Below, piece by piece: positions 12,480-25,110 of a DNA stretch of 64,000 bases. The notes under the pieces were generated by a model. That model was not told the origin of the DNA and made no database searches. It was given only the letters and a program-made list of their open reading frames with translations. This stretch comes from Raillietiella orientalis. Lineage: Eukaryota. How positions within the stretch are numbered: position 1 is the stretch's first letter; each line of letters starts with the position of its first letter. The stretch lies in assembly GCA_036172245.1 (NCBI GenBank), contig JAYWIR010000005.1:4278001-4342000 (forward strand), read 5' to 3'. The position numbers and the translations under genes are program-made.

Positions 12480-14600
12480 TTAATCAGTAATCATGTGGCC
12501 CGCCGAGGCTCTCGATGGTTGCGGCAGCATCTCCTCCGTCCGCTTGTGGTCAGACTGCGAGCGCGCCGCCACGACTGCTGCTTGTTCCGTGTCCTTAAAG
12601 GCAGTCTGCTGCTGACCCTCTCCGACCAAGAGACCCTCTCTCGGCTCACGAAAAGGAGCTTCCAAAGGCAGCTGAATCTGCAAAGAGCTTGGCCAGCAGG
12701 TGACACCGTTGTCTGTGCTAGCAGATGGACCTCTCTGTTGCAGCGACCACATTGGATAATCACGGCCAGGAGCGACAACAGAGGACATCCACGGAAGGAT
12801 GGACCGGAGGCCTCTCAGTGATGCTCTATGGAAAAGTAGCTGTCCAGCCCCACTCCACCATGCTTGCATTCTCTCAAGCTGCTCACCGTCCCTTGCCTTT
12901 TATCCCCGTTCCCACCGGATCTTCGAGATCACTTGGCAATGGGGTCGAGTGCTTTCCTGCTGCACAGATTCTCGAAGACATCTATGGGAGCGTCTTGCAC
13001 TTCGTTTCATGGCTGGCATGCCCAACGGCAGATCTGGAAGCAGGAACTGCAATGCTCAATGCGATGGCTCCCAGCGCATTGCACTGCGCCCTTCCATTTC
13101 GGTTCCGGGCCCACCTCGGGCTACTCGTGTTCAGAAAAAAGCAGCCACGGTTTGCACAGCATCCGCAAATTCCTCTTCCAAACGCTGCACTAAACTGAGG
13201 ACAAACGACGCCAAAGGGGGGGGCGAAAAAAATAGGACTTCCGCTCGGACGCAACTTCAGGTGCTCTTCCTGTTTTTGAAAAATCGTTCTTTTGTGAATC
13301 CTCGATGGACACGGGGTGGTGCAACTTTGAAGATTCCCAGGTGACCCAGAGAATGACTTCGAGAAGTCCCTCAAGGTGCCCGATATGGGGAAACCCATTT
13401 TCAATCACCACATGCAATGCTTTCCGCTGCGCACCGGGAGGAACGACGCCTCGGTCGGCAACATTAGGAAGGCGACTCGCGTGCACGGTGGGCGATCCTG
13501 GCAAGCAGCCCAGAAACACTCGGTGTGGGACCCTCGCCGAGAGCCAGCTTGTCCGAGAAAGAGGGAATCGCATGCCTCCGCTCCAGAAAGCGGACGGGGG
13601 GTGGGGGACAGGGGAGGGATGTGGGAGCCACGAAGTCACGCCCCCCTCTCCCTCCCAGGTTCGCGCGGCCATCGACGGTCTTTGAGCACGGCGATGCCCT
13701 GCGTCAGCTGGAAACTCCCAGACCGCGTGCGAGCCAGCGCGGCGAGATAGTGGAGTCGTTTACCGCGTGAAACGGCAGGGACACCTGCCTGACGCACTGC
13801 CTTTCGTGCAGCCTCCGCACCGCCAAGCACCCCTCTGCCTAGCTGAAGCACCAGAACGCGACACGCGATGGGAGCCGCCCGTGGCGGCCGCCGACCGCGC
13901 TCCGTCCGTCCTGCACCGACAAGGAGGGACCTGGGAAGGTCGAGAGATAGGTGAGGGAAACCTCACCCCCGCACCCCCTCATGACTTGCGAAACCTTCCC
14001 GGTGCAAACGGGCGCGCACAGACTCATCTCGGATGTGAAGCCCTCGGGTGCCGCTTCGCTCGCTCTCGGTGCCGCGTGGCGCTTCTTCGCAGCCGAGCCA
14101 CAGCGGCCCACGGAGCATCGACGAGAAAGAATCGAGAGAGAGCGCGTCCCCCGCAGCTGTTTTTACGACAGGGGCCTGACGGCTGTCGGCTCGTTACGCT
14201 TCGAGGACCACGCCCTCACTCTTCCCCCCCGCCGCCCTTTCTTGGGGGGTCCTCGAGGGGAAGGGGAAGTCGGTCCAATGTGGCGTCCTTCTCGTCGCGG
14301 TGGAAGTGGACGGAGGCGTCGCTTCCTTCTGCATCCGCGTTCACCAGGCAGAGCGCTTGTGCGATTCGCAGCTGAAGAAGGCCGTGAGGAACGGGGAGGA
14401 GCGCGGGATAAGGCGACGACGATGGAGTCGTCGAGGTGGGAGACGTGGACCACGGAGTCGCGCCGAGTCGCATCCTCGTGCTCCCTCATGAAAGCTGAGG
14501 TGGTCGCAAAGGCGAGCGACACCGCTCGTTGTCACGGGTGTGCGGGGGAGGTGTTTTGCGAACGCTGTGCTTCGCCCCTCCCCCCATCCTTCCCTTCCTG
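12480..14600 (-). mobile_element. Decayed N-terminal zinc-finger region of an RLE-type element
   Basis: Fragments FATTSAFMREHE..DSVVHVSHLDDSIVVA(YP), SRSAVGHASHETKC and IQCGRCNREVH; many frameshifts. Confidence 0.35.
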
Positions 14601-16204
14601 GAACAGCGTGAGTAGCGAGAAAAACCAGCACGTGAGCGCGGGATGCGGGGTTTCCCGGCAACCGATGCCGCCATTGTCTCAGAAAGGGGCCTTGCCCGAG
14701 GTTACCCGCTCTGGATAAGGGAACGGGCTCTCCTAGATAATTTATACTCTGTGCATAAAAGCAAAGGGAGTGCAGTGGGCCAGCCTGTTCAGCCTCACCT
14801 TGTTTTATGAGAGGGGTTTGTTGTCTTTCTGTGTGGACACTAGGAGCCCTGAGGCGTTCCAAGCACCTAGGGTGGGCCTTTGGACTAGTCGATCCTTTTT
14901 GAGTAGGCCCGTTCTGCTGCAGCTGTCGCGCTGAGGAGCTCTGAGGACCTGTGGTGTGGTTTCCGCGTGGTTCTTGAAACTCCTTCGTCCTGGCAGGCAT
15001 GTTAGGCGCGGGAACGGTGTTTCCTGGAAATGCTCCCAGCAACGAGACTACAGTACCCTCCCATCTTCTCATAGCTCCCTTGGAAGAAGCTGGGCTGGCT
15101 CACAGGCAGGGAGGATCCTTTTGGTGAGGGGTAGATGCAGTGCCAAGCGCTGGCAGTCGGCAGGCCATAGTCTTTTGGTCTTGTATTAGCGCGGGGGGGC
15201 TGTGGGAAAGCTGAATAAAGCGTAGCTCGCATTCTGGGAAGGCATAGGCAACGAAGGGATCGAGAAACGGGAGATACTTTCAGAAGAGGCAGTCTCAAAA
15301 GCGCCTTTGGCATGGTATTATGACCTTGGTTTATTTGCTCATAACTCGAGGACGTATCGAGTAGCACGTGAATCAGCTGGCAGCAATGGGTAACTCTTGG
15401 ATTGTCGTATGACTTACTGCTGTGTAGAAAGGGAAAGCTTCCTCAAAGTTCCCCTCTGATGAGGTAGGATTATGGTGCAAGCGCAACTGATTTTTTTTCT
15501 CTTTCCGCTAGTTTTTTCAATCCCATCTTTAGTGATCAGGGCGCTTTCAGGTCTGTTTTGAAAGAAAGGTCGGAGGATTCTCCCAGCTCTGAATAGAAAG
15601 GAAAGGAATCCATATTTGCTTTCCTGATTTGCTGCACGACGAAAGAATTCAGGATGCGAAGCACATCCTCATTTCACCGGGCATGATTTGCTCTTCTGAG
15701 CGCGGAAATCCGAGTTCCTCTGGTTTCCGTTCAGTCTGTTCAGGTTGATCGCCGTTGATGGATTCTTTAAATTACGGCTTCTACGGCTTGTCTTGGTTCG
15801 ACATCGTCAACGGAAAAGAAACAAAAACTGAATCTTCCATGATTCATCTTCCAGGCCAGAGCCCTTGTTGCAGAAAACAATCCACTTCCCTGAGGGGCAC
15901 CCGCTTGAAAAGTAGACTAGCGCATTCGGTGCTTGCAGATGAGCGATAGGCCATCATTCCTTCTCAGGTGTTGATTACATGATTGCACTTTCCATCATCA
16001 TCAGAAAACGTGCTGTCCTGTTTTGTGTTATATGCTAGCACACTGTACGCTGCTACTAAAATCATTATGTTAATAGTACATTAATCTGCATCGTACAGGT
16101 AGCTGTACCATTTGCACTCGGATTTTCTGCAATGCATGTTCAAGCTTCTGTGATCTGACCACCTGGTCGGAAGCATGCGGACAGTTAGGCTCATCCTAGG
16201 CAGT

Positions 16205-17480
16205 CAACATGAAGAAAGATGCGAGAACGAGCTGCACCAGCAAGATTTAGGTGAACCACAGCAAGTCAGTGAATGGTTGCAAAGGTGTTCAACACTAGAG
16301 GTGCTTCGCACGTTACGCCGGCAAGATTTTGGTGAACCAGAACAAGTTGGTTCTCTCAAAGAGTCAGCGGCATCGAGGATACTGTCTGCTCTTCCGATGC
16401 ACCAAGTCCGGACAGAGTCCCAAGTTGCCTTCTGCAGTTGGCTAACTCGCGGTTCCCATCTTCCCCGCATCACTTCGCAGGGCTGTCACTGATCAGGATG
16501 GTCTTGCCTCTGGGCGATGAAGCTGGAGTTCCGCACGCAGCGATTCAGAAGGTGTGCCAATGGCCATACCGAGAGTCATGCAAGAAGCAGCGATTCGCAC
16601 CATTTCCTTTAGGAGTCACTAGCACGATCAGCACCATCCGTTTCAGAAGACTTTTGCAACATCGGTATGGTCACTTACAAGCCTGTGCCGATGTCATGAG
16701 AGTGACTTTGAAGACAAGCTCCTCGAGCCGATCTGGAACCTCTAGAAAACACATTCAGGAGCGAACCAAGCGGCAAGCCTGACTGGACAATGAAATCACC
16801 ATTTTATTATGGTGAAGAGCGCGTGATGAGTGGATGATGATGGACTTTATCGTCCAGCTTCAAAGCGATTGATAGGATTGGCGCGGGGAGAAGCAACCTC
16901 GTTATGAGGCTCAAATGGTTCCCTGGAAGGAATGCTTTTCGAGACAGAATAAGGAGTCAGTGATCGCAGCAGCTCCAGTTATGATCTCCCTGTTACGGTG
17001 AGCCTAATTCAGCCACTCCCCTCGAGTAAATCTGGCTCTTTTCCGAGCGGTCACGGCTTCATCCCTCATGATCTTTTCCAAAGCTGCTCAGAGTGAAGCG
17101 AAGAGGATGCTGCCGAAATGACTTACCGCTTTTTGAGCATCTGGTCATATAGCTTGGGTCTGGATTACTTCATGCCATTGTGTTTCTTATGTACCTGCCT
17201 TGAGGCATCATTGTTCGTCCCCGATTCAAAGATCGTCTACCCACCTCGACCCACTATAGTTTTTGATGAATTCATCTTTGAAATTTCAGGAAATTCTATT
17301 TTTAGACCAAAGAGGACGGACTATTCAAAAACGGTTTTGGAAAATTCGTCGAGGCTGCTTATTTTCGGGATTTCCGAAGTCAACATGACCTTGCCGGTGT
17401 AATGTGCTGAGCACCTCGACTTGTTGTGGGTCGCCTAAATCTTGCTGGCGCAGCTCGTTCTCGCATCTTTCTTCATGTTG
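16205..17480. repeat. Inverted repeat pair 16205-16326 / 17390-17480, plus a 27-nt local tandem duplication (16240-16266 / 16321-16347)
   Basis: caacatgaagaaagatgcgagaacgagctgc.ccagcaagatttagg.ga.ccaca.caagtc and gaggtgct..gcac.ttac.ccggcaag are present in both orientations; the left copy has ~30 extra nt. Confidence 0.85.
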
Positions 17481-17750
17481 TCCCCGGTTGCTCCGGAGCC
17501 ACGTTGAAGCGAATGAGCAGCAGCAAGGCAGCACAACTCGAGAACTTCCATGCAAACCGGGTGCACTGCCCTGAAAGAAAACGAACCCTCCTCCTCCCCC
17601 ACCAAGGCAATGAAGACCACGTTTCCCAGCTCTTCCAAAAACGTGGTGCCGGGAGACAACGGAACGGACGGAAAGTTTTAGGGAAGGCTCGACGCGACAC
17701 GACAACTCTGGACGGACGTAACCTGGTAAACGTGCAGAGCTAAGTGCTTT
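16400..17750 (-). pseudogene. hAT-superfamily transposase relic
   Basis: Motifs in hAT order across frameshifts: LPC..AAHSL (~17530-17505), DAQKAVSHF..AALEKIMRD..ARKR (~17140-17040), DVAKV..RMVLIVLVT..ANRCF (~16660-16585; dimerisation-domain-like). Confidence 0.4.
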
Positions 17751-19101
17751 CTCGTACACTTGGTTTCCTGCATTCTTCCTGCACGACCTGTTGTTCTGAC
17801 TCCCGATGACACCAGGGAGCTTAATGTAGCTCGTAACAATGAATATGCAAAAAAGAGATGAAGGAATTTGGCGTGGGGCTCTGATTCTTACTGAAATGCG
17901 AAGAATTTTGGATGCTCAAATGATTGGCCAATGAGAAAGCCATCTGAGGGAAAGATGGGAAGGGTTGTCAAACAAAGAAATGAAAAAAAAAAACAAGTCT
18001 TCCTTTTGGTTGGAGTGCACCGGAATTTTCCTGGTCCTCTGCATCCCGTTCAGGATGTGTCCAATCCCATCTTTTGCAGATTCCAGATGGGACCATCTCG
18101 TTGCTCCCTGAAAGCAGGTCACCACGCTGGCGGCATTCTCAGTGGCAACCTGTTCAGATGCGGTCGCCTCCGGATGCCTCGGATGCGGTCCTCCCCGCAT
18201 CTTCCTTTCCGAGGCGCCACCCCGACTTTAGGGTCCTTCGCGGCCCTCCTGTTCGTTTCGGCTGCCCCGCTGCTCGGCTTCCCAAGTTCCGGAGAGGAAT
18301 GCCACCTCCTGAGAATTCCCAACGACTCTAAGCTCCGTCCGGGTTCAGAAATCCCCTCTTCTCGGGTCCATCTCTTGCCTTCGTCAAAAAAGTTCTCCCT
18401 CTTTCTCTCTCCCTTTTCCCTTCCTTTTTTGTCTTTCCGGTGCTCGGCCCATCCAGAATTTTCGAACGTCCTTTCCAGGAATTTCTCTCGTCATAGGAAT
18501 GGATTGTGCGTGAGGCCACTAAGCTCCCGGATCCCGTTCTTATGCATTGCTAATCCATCGCAGCCAATTTGAGAAGAGGCGAAAAAGGAAGGTTCTCGGC
18601 TCCCCTTTTTTCCCATCCTTTTGTTCCCCATCCCGAATGCGCTTTAATCTATCTTCCTGCTTTTTATCAAACTCGCTCTGGCCTAAATTAGACGGAGAGC
18701 AGAGAGCTTTGGAGATTCCGGATCAAAGGAGTCGCCGAAAGTATCGATCTATGCAAATCTCATTTTCGCCAGAGGGATCCGCAGGTCGCGTCGCAGCTTC
18801 CTCGGAAAACGCGGCCGCATGACGCAGGCGGGGAGTCGCCGCCGGAGGAAACTGCACTCCTTCTTCTCCCTCTCTTCCTTCTTTGGCCACTCCGGGAGAC
18901 GCGCCCGGTTGCCACTGCCTGGTCTGTCGCCTCTGCCGCTCCGCAGCTCGAGCGAGCGTCGGTGCCGATGGACCGCGAGCTGTCCTCGGGAGCCCTCGCG
19001 GGAACCTTGTAGCGTGCCCGCCCCACCGCCTCGGGACCAGAGATGAAGCGGCCCTCACTGTTCTCTCTCTCCAAAGGCAGAACTGAGCAGCAGCAGGATT
19101 G

Positions 19102-20150
19102 CCTGCGCTGGCAGCAGAGTGGCTGCTGCCGCCTCCGCGCGCGACGGGCACCAAGCGTTATGGGTTCGAATCCATACGTAGAGGATCGACTCCGAGAAAG
19201 GGGAGGGGGGATGCGTCGTGTGGTTTCGAGTCTCCCATCCCCTCAGGATGACTCTGGTTGGCCTATTTGGGTACGAATGAAAGCCGGATGTCCCTGTTGA
19301 CTGGACGGGATCGGAAGTCGACTCTCCGGGTTCCTTCCAGAAATTGGGGGGCCGGAGCTCCCTCTGGGGTTCATCTCCGGATATGAAAATGGGTCCATAC
19401 CATGGAGCTGGTTGATACACCTCTCCGAGATTGCCTGGTTGCCTCTCCAGAGTATCCATGAAGCCCGCTGCTCCCTTGGGAGAGCGACCCTTCAGAGAAA
19501 TCGGGAAGCGTCCCTTCGGGACTCCCTTCAGAGGCAACTAGGGCGAGGGTTGCCTTCGGAGTTTCGCTACTAAGCGTGAGAGGAACGGACTCCTTCCTCC
19601 GAGACCTTCCTGGATTCATGAGGTGGTCCCTCTGGGTCATGTCCTAACTTGAAGAGTTCACACGCACCCTCGGGTGGCGTGGACAGGTGTGAAGGATCGA
19701 CGCCTGGAAATGGGTGTGTCATGGGTTACGATTTCCCTTTCCCCTCCTTCCCGCAGGATGATGTTGGTTGACCTATAGGCTTCGGTTAGGGCACTGGTGG
19801 AAGCCGGAGAGAGGCAGAATTAACATACGACAAACAACACATCGAAAGGCGACATCTAGGGATCCGAGACTCCGCCTCCGGTGGAGGAGGAAAGCGCCAG
19901 AGGCTGCCCAGAAGAAGGAGGAGGGAACGCTGCGAACGGTTCTGGACCACCCGACCACCTCTTTGTTCCCAGGGATGAAGCAAGACGCTTATGTTCCTGG
20001 ATTGAGGAGGACCTTCCGAGCAGCTTTCGACACTTTCTGGTGCTCCGGGGACACCCACCAAGGGAATAAAAATAGCAGAAAGGAGGTCACGTTGATTCGA
20101 TCATCCAACGAGATTGCATACGCGGAGTTCTGAGCTGCAGTGGAGGGCCT
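19102..20150 (+). mobile_element. tRNA-headed leader (divergent copy C) with a duplicated first module (19694-19810), followed by a zinc-finger-like coding relic
   Basis: TGGCAGCAGAGTGG (19109-19122) and GGTTCGAATCC (19163-19173). 19180-19685 aligns by eye with the reverse complement of ~6300-6920 (e.g. aacttgaa.agtt.acacgcaccctcgg.tg.cgtgga). Then TSLFPG..VPGLRRTF..TFW..H. Confidence 0.7.
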
Positions 20151-20479
20151 CTGAGAATCCCGAAGGGCCAGACGGAAGAGGTGGAACAGGGCGGGATGTT
20201 CTTTCGTTCCCGAGGGGTGCTCTGTAGAGACTGGGACCGGAAGATGATTCTCAGAAACTTCCTCTAGAGCAGTCTTGCCACGCGCTCAGGTCAGTTTGCC
20301 GCCCCGTCTATCCGATTTCATATCGTTCTTCTCCCCCAGGAGCGCCTGTGGGAGATGCTTTTTCACCCAGCCGAGGAGGAGCGTTGCCTTATAAAAAAAC
20401 AAAAAGAAAAAATACAGGAAGGAAGAAGTTGGGAACGCATTTTTCGGAAACAAGAAAAAGAAGTCCAGAGGGAATGACT

Positions 20480-21050
20480 ACTAGTACGCAGGCTGGCGTT
20501 TTGAGGGAGCTCGGAGCAGAAGGGAGGGGACAAGAAAGGAATAGATAAAAACAGAAAGGGAGGAGATGGACAGGGAAAGGTCTCTGGCCCCTTTCCTACA
20601 ACCGGAGTTAAGCGGCCTTGATCTCCCTGGATACCTTCTCCTGCAGGTGAGACCACCTCGCGTCCGTCTCACGAAGGCGGCTGCCATGCAGGCGGTCCCA
20701 GACTCCGGCACGCAGCGCGCTCTGACGATATAGCGGATGCAGCGTCTCGTCACCATCATGGAGTCCGGCGCGAGTCCGCTGCACTTCCTTGGCGGCGGCG
20801 TCCGGGAGAAGGAGCACTGAAGACAGCCTTTGCCAGAGTTCCTGGAGGGCACCGGAGTCCACCTCAGGAGGTGCGGGGACGATTCGATCGTCCCTCGCCT
20901 CGAGCAGTTCGGGGAGGCAACTGCCCTGTAGACGAGGTGCCGGCGCCGAAAGGCCTGAGTGCAAAAGCATCCCGTTTTCACTGCAACGGGAGCACTGTAG
21001 CGTCGACACACAAGGGAAGGGAAGGGGGCACACCGAGCCGGTCGCTCCAC
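20480..21050 (-). mobile_element. 3' end of an L1/Tx1-like LINE (C-terminal CCHC knuckle + 3' UTR)
   Basis: LLHSGL..HLVYRAVASPNCSRRGTIESSPHLL..ALQELWQRL; homologous in layout to 21510-21670; pyrimidine-rich tail at ~20585-20520. Confidence 0.6.
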
Positions 21051-21399
21051 CGAAGAAGTCCCTTCGTCCGGGAACGAGGAGCAGCGGCAGAGTTCATCGA
21101 CCTTCTCGTCTCACGGCTGCCAAGGAGTTTCCCGACTCCTGCGGAAGTGATTCTTGTAGAACTCTGTTGCGTACACCTCTCCCCATACTGTCCGGTGGGG
21201 GATGTGTTGCAAGACCAGGACAAGTGGACTCACCTGGCCGCCACGCCCCTTGCCGCAGTGCTGTCTGCCCTAAGGGCAAGCAGTGACAGTTGCCTACCGG
21301 CGGGATGGGAGGTTTCCTGCACGCTTGCTAGAGAAACAAGACCGTTGGGCGGCTAAAAGACGTGCGAGTTGGCAGATGCCGCCATGCCTCGTAATTGCT

Positions 21400-22000
21400 C
21401 AAAGGGACTCCTTGGGTGGAGAGAGCACCTGAGTGTGCCCCCCAAAGAACTTGTGGTCCCTCCCTCGTGCGTGGACACTTCTGTGTTCCCCCTTCAATGG
21501 AAAAAGGACGCGTTTCTGCTGTTGCATTGGGGTTTCCATTGCAACTAACGTAGCAACATTGTTTCGGGGGGAGTTGACTCCCCAAACTGTGGATGGTGCG
21601 GAGAAGCGGAAACGCTCCCGCATCTGCTCTTCGACTGCAGTGCCCTCCAAGGACTGTGGCGGAGGCTGCCTTTAGCACTCCTGCACCAGGGAGACATCAT
21701 GCGCCGCTTCTTCACGAGCGGCGCCCTCTCTCCAGGAGCATCTGTTGTATCCGCCCCATCATCATGGTCCGGCATGCGTTGAAGTCGCGAGCAGTCCCAA
21801 CAGAGGTCACCAGGATTGCAGCCTCAAACATGAGGATGGCTCCCAGGTAGTCTCACATAAGCGAAGTCAGGCAGGAGATCTCCAGCATACAGCGTCGGTT
21901 CTGAGAAGGAACGGCCGAAGCCAAAGACCTTTGTCCCCTACTTCCCCCTCCCCTTCATATCTTTTTGTATTTATTTATAGTCCCTTCCCTTCCCTTCCGG
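21400..22000 (+). mobile_element. 3' end of an L1/Tx1-like LINE
   Basis: In-frame SPNCGWCGEAETLPHLLFDCSALQGLWRRL (~21578-21670) is a typical zf-RVT CCHC motif; pyrimidine-rich tail at 21935-22000. Confidence 0.75.
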
Positions 22001-23519
22001 ACTTTCAATGTGTCTGACCTGCGTGTTGGAGAGCCCTCCCCTTGAACTTCTCGTCCTTTTGCCTGGGAACTCTGTTCCCAGATGGTTTGTTCGTTTTCGA
22101 ATAAATGCTCCGGCGCAACCGGATAGGAACCCATTCCTGCAAGTGGTGTGGCAGAACTCCCGCCTTGCCAGCAGGCTGCTGTCGTTGTTTGTCCTCGGGG
22201 TGGAGAGGGGCAGTGCGGCGGCGATCCGGGACCGTTGCTTGCGGTCCTGCGAGATTTCTCCAGCAGCTCGCGGCGCCCTACGAGCGGAGCGGGCGCTCGG
22301 AATCCTTCCGCCACCGGGTGCGGGACGGAGTGCCTTCGCGCGTTTCCCGCCGCGGAAAGGGATCGATGAAAACGGAGGAGAGGAATCCCTGATGCAAGTG
22401 ACCGAGTGAAAAAGATTTCTTTCTCCGAACGTGTGTGCTCTCGCAGGGAGGCTGGAACAAACTCATTTTCCGCTAATGCCTGCGCTGCTAATGGATCGTC
22501 CAGATAGTTTCTCGGGATGGGAGGTCGAGGATCAGATCGAGGCAGCTGACCGAAATTGATTCCCGCGATCCGGTGCAGCATCCCGACGGCCGCGGGACCC
22601 TAATGGTGCTCCGCTTTGGAGGAGAACCCTTTCCTGCGAAATGGGAAAAACGGGACGAAATGATGAACGAAGGATGACTTCGCGGCGGTGCAGCGTCAAA
22701 GAGCAGCTGCAGCATCCGCGACGCCCGACCGGGAAGATGACTAGAAACGCGGATACCCAGATGAGAGAGGCATCCCAGAATTCTCGAGGGCCGTCGTTCT
22801 TTGCGGGGAAACGCTGCTGCTGCGGGATCCTGCCGAAGGACAGCACAAGGGCGTGGAGCCCGGATGTTGCCACCACCACCGCCCCTTCTCGTTTAGGGCC
22901 GTTCACGTTTGTTTCCCAGGAATCCCAGTGGTTGCCCAGTGTCCAGAATGCTCGAAATGAAAGCAAAGCCGGCCTATTAGTAACGCTGAACGGTTTCATC
23001 GCACGAAATAGCTTCATGAATCATCGCTTCTTGCGGGTTCACGCGACACATTTAAATACGGCTGTATGCAATTGCGCTAATGCTATTTTTGTCTTCACGC
23101 CCGCTGACGCACGTGCGGCGACACAACGTGTACGATTCCCGTCCTTCCTTTACGAAAATAGGAAGTGGGATCTGGAAGCTGGAATCCTGCATTACAGGAG
23201 ATGGATTCCTTGGATATGGAAAGGAGGAAAAAAGGAAGAAAAAAAAACAATCGCAGCGAGTTCTTGGAGATGGGAATTCGCGTTTTTTTTTTTTGCTTCC
23301 TGCGGGATTTCTTCTTCAGGAATCGCTCGGTGCAGCAAACCAAGAAATTCCCAGCCGATGCCGCCGTCGGAACTGACAAATCTTCTAGTCACGCAATTAC
23401 TGGATGTATTTGCTCTTCAGGTTAAATTCGTTTAACGCTTTTAGGGCTTCCTCACAGCTGCAACATTAACAACTGTTGGCGGGAAGAACGAACAGGGATG
23501 CAATAAAAGCAGTTTAAAG

Positions 23520-25110
23520 GATGAGCTTCCCTTCCCTAGCTAAGACACGAATAAGGGAATCCTGTGTTCGAAACAATCGCGCATGTGGATCCCGTTTTCG
23601 CATCGGGATGCGGTCACCACATGCGTGCTGGCCGCTCGTCAAGCTCCTTCGATCACAGATCACAGCGGTAGTACAGGAGCATCGAATTAGGACACATAAC
23701 AGCTTGCGTGCTAATGAGGAGTCCTAGCAATTTTCAGCTGGGATTTCGGGGACTGGAAGAGATTCCAAGTCGAATTTTTATACGTTCTGTCTCCCTGTTG
23801 GTAGGCTCTAGAAAATTCCATCATTCGAATCTGAGTGATGAGGACACCAGTTTGCAATCGATGTTTATTGTTACAGTACTCTCTTGATCAATTGATTCAG
23901 CTTCGTCCAAGAGCAAGAGGTTCCTGAACTCCAAGAGATGCTTTCCTGATGAGCCTATTGAAATCAGAGCTTCGACTACATCTTTCTTACACGGTATCTG
24001 CTTTTTTTTTTTTTCTCAATCAGCGAACTGGCAGTTGTATTTTTATCTGCAGATGTGAACCTCATATGCAACTGGCTATTGGAATCGAAAGAGATCTTCT
24101 AGAGAGATTTGATGCGATTTGCTCTTAGGAATTTGTTCAGCTTCTTATGAAGCCGCATTCATCTCGCTTTTGCAGTCATGAGGAAGGAGACATCCCAACT
24201 TTCCACGAGTGCGCCACCGTGGCTTCACTAAGCACAGCATGAGCAGCATCTCTTCTTGAAAAAACTCAAACGAAGTAGTTATATCTTCCTTCAAGAGCTC
24301 CCACGAGAGAAGACGAGCACCGGATATCTATGGACCACACCTGTCACAAAGAAATGACTGGTCTTTGGAGCTCGCATTCTGTAGCTCTCGGAAAGGCACT
24401 TCCCATTCTGACACTGCGGTGCCCAGCACTCTTAGTGTGCTCAGCATGCAGCGTGCACAAGATGAATTTAAATTGATCTAACTGAGAAGCATTCGAATAC
24501 CCTCTCATGCCCTGGATCTGGAAACTGACGGTCTAGCTTGCTGTTTTTCCAAGAGAACTCGGGGATGATAGAGAGGATCCGATCAATGGCATCTCAATTT
24601 GGAAAGGGGTGATCACACTGGACTGTACGCTCCACACCCTTCATTTGGAAAGTGAATGCCGGTGGCACAGCTTACGCTTTGGTCACACAGGCATCCCTGT
24701 GTTGCAGTGCTTCCAGGGTGGCTGAGATTTCTCGAGATATCTTTGCAACCTCAGCAAGGCTGTAGAAGCACTCCATCCTGCCACTAACGAAGAGGAGGTT
24801 CTCTTCCTTGTCACTTGATGGAAAAGGCTTCCTAGAATCCCCACGCTGTGCTCTGAAATCCTCAGCAACCTCAAATGCCTCTTTCGGGACTGGCTGAGGC
24901 CATGGCCTCCCTCTTGCTTACTTCGGTGCACAATTCTGCCTCAGAAAATGCCTTTTTCAGGGAATGGCTAAATTCCCGAAATTCCGTTCTCGAGCCCTGC
25001 GCCTTCCCTACTTGCGTTACTCAGTGTGCATGTAGGCTGCTGCGACATCTGGTGGTATCTTTCCATCTTTGGTGGTTTCAGTACTCTCTTCGTAATCTCT
25101 TGAAGTCTTT
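23520..25110 (-). pseudogene. Tentative RAG1/Transib-like transposase relic (mostly C-terminal core)
   Basis: Collinear fragments FLCDRC, DITTSFEFFQEEM, LHKKLNKFLR, KKDVVEALISIGSSGKHLLEFRNLLLL, PHARLFR resemble RAG1 [55 protein letters not shown], NARQS (recalled). Spacing is shorter and frames are broken. Confidence 0.3.

Noticed and set aside
18751..18758. Octamer ATGCAAAT upstream of the tRNA-like head
   Set aside because: An 8-mer is expected by chance in 64 kb, and it was not seen upstream of the other copies.
19102..19183. Functional tRNA gene
   Set aside because: Anticodon arm and acceptor stem are non-canonical; treated as tRNA-derived.
23453..23480. RSS-like CACAGCT near the RAG1-like block
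   Set aside because: No nonamer-like motif at proper spacing and no matching inverted partner found.
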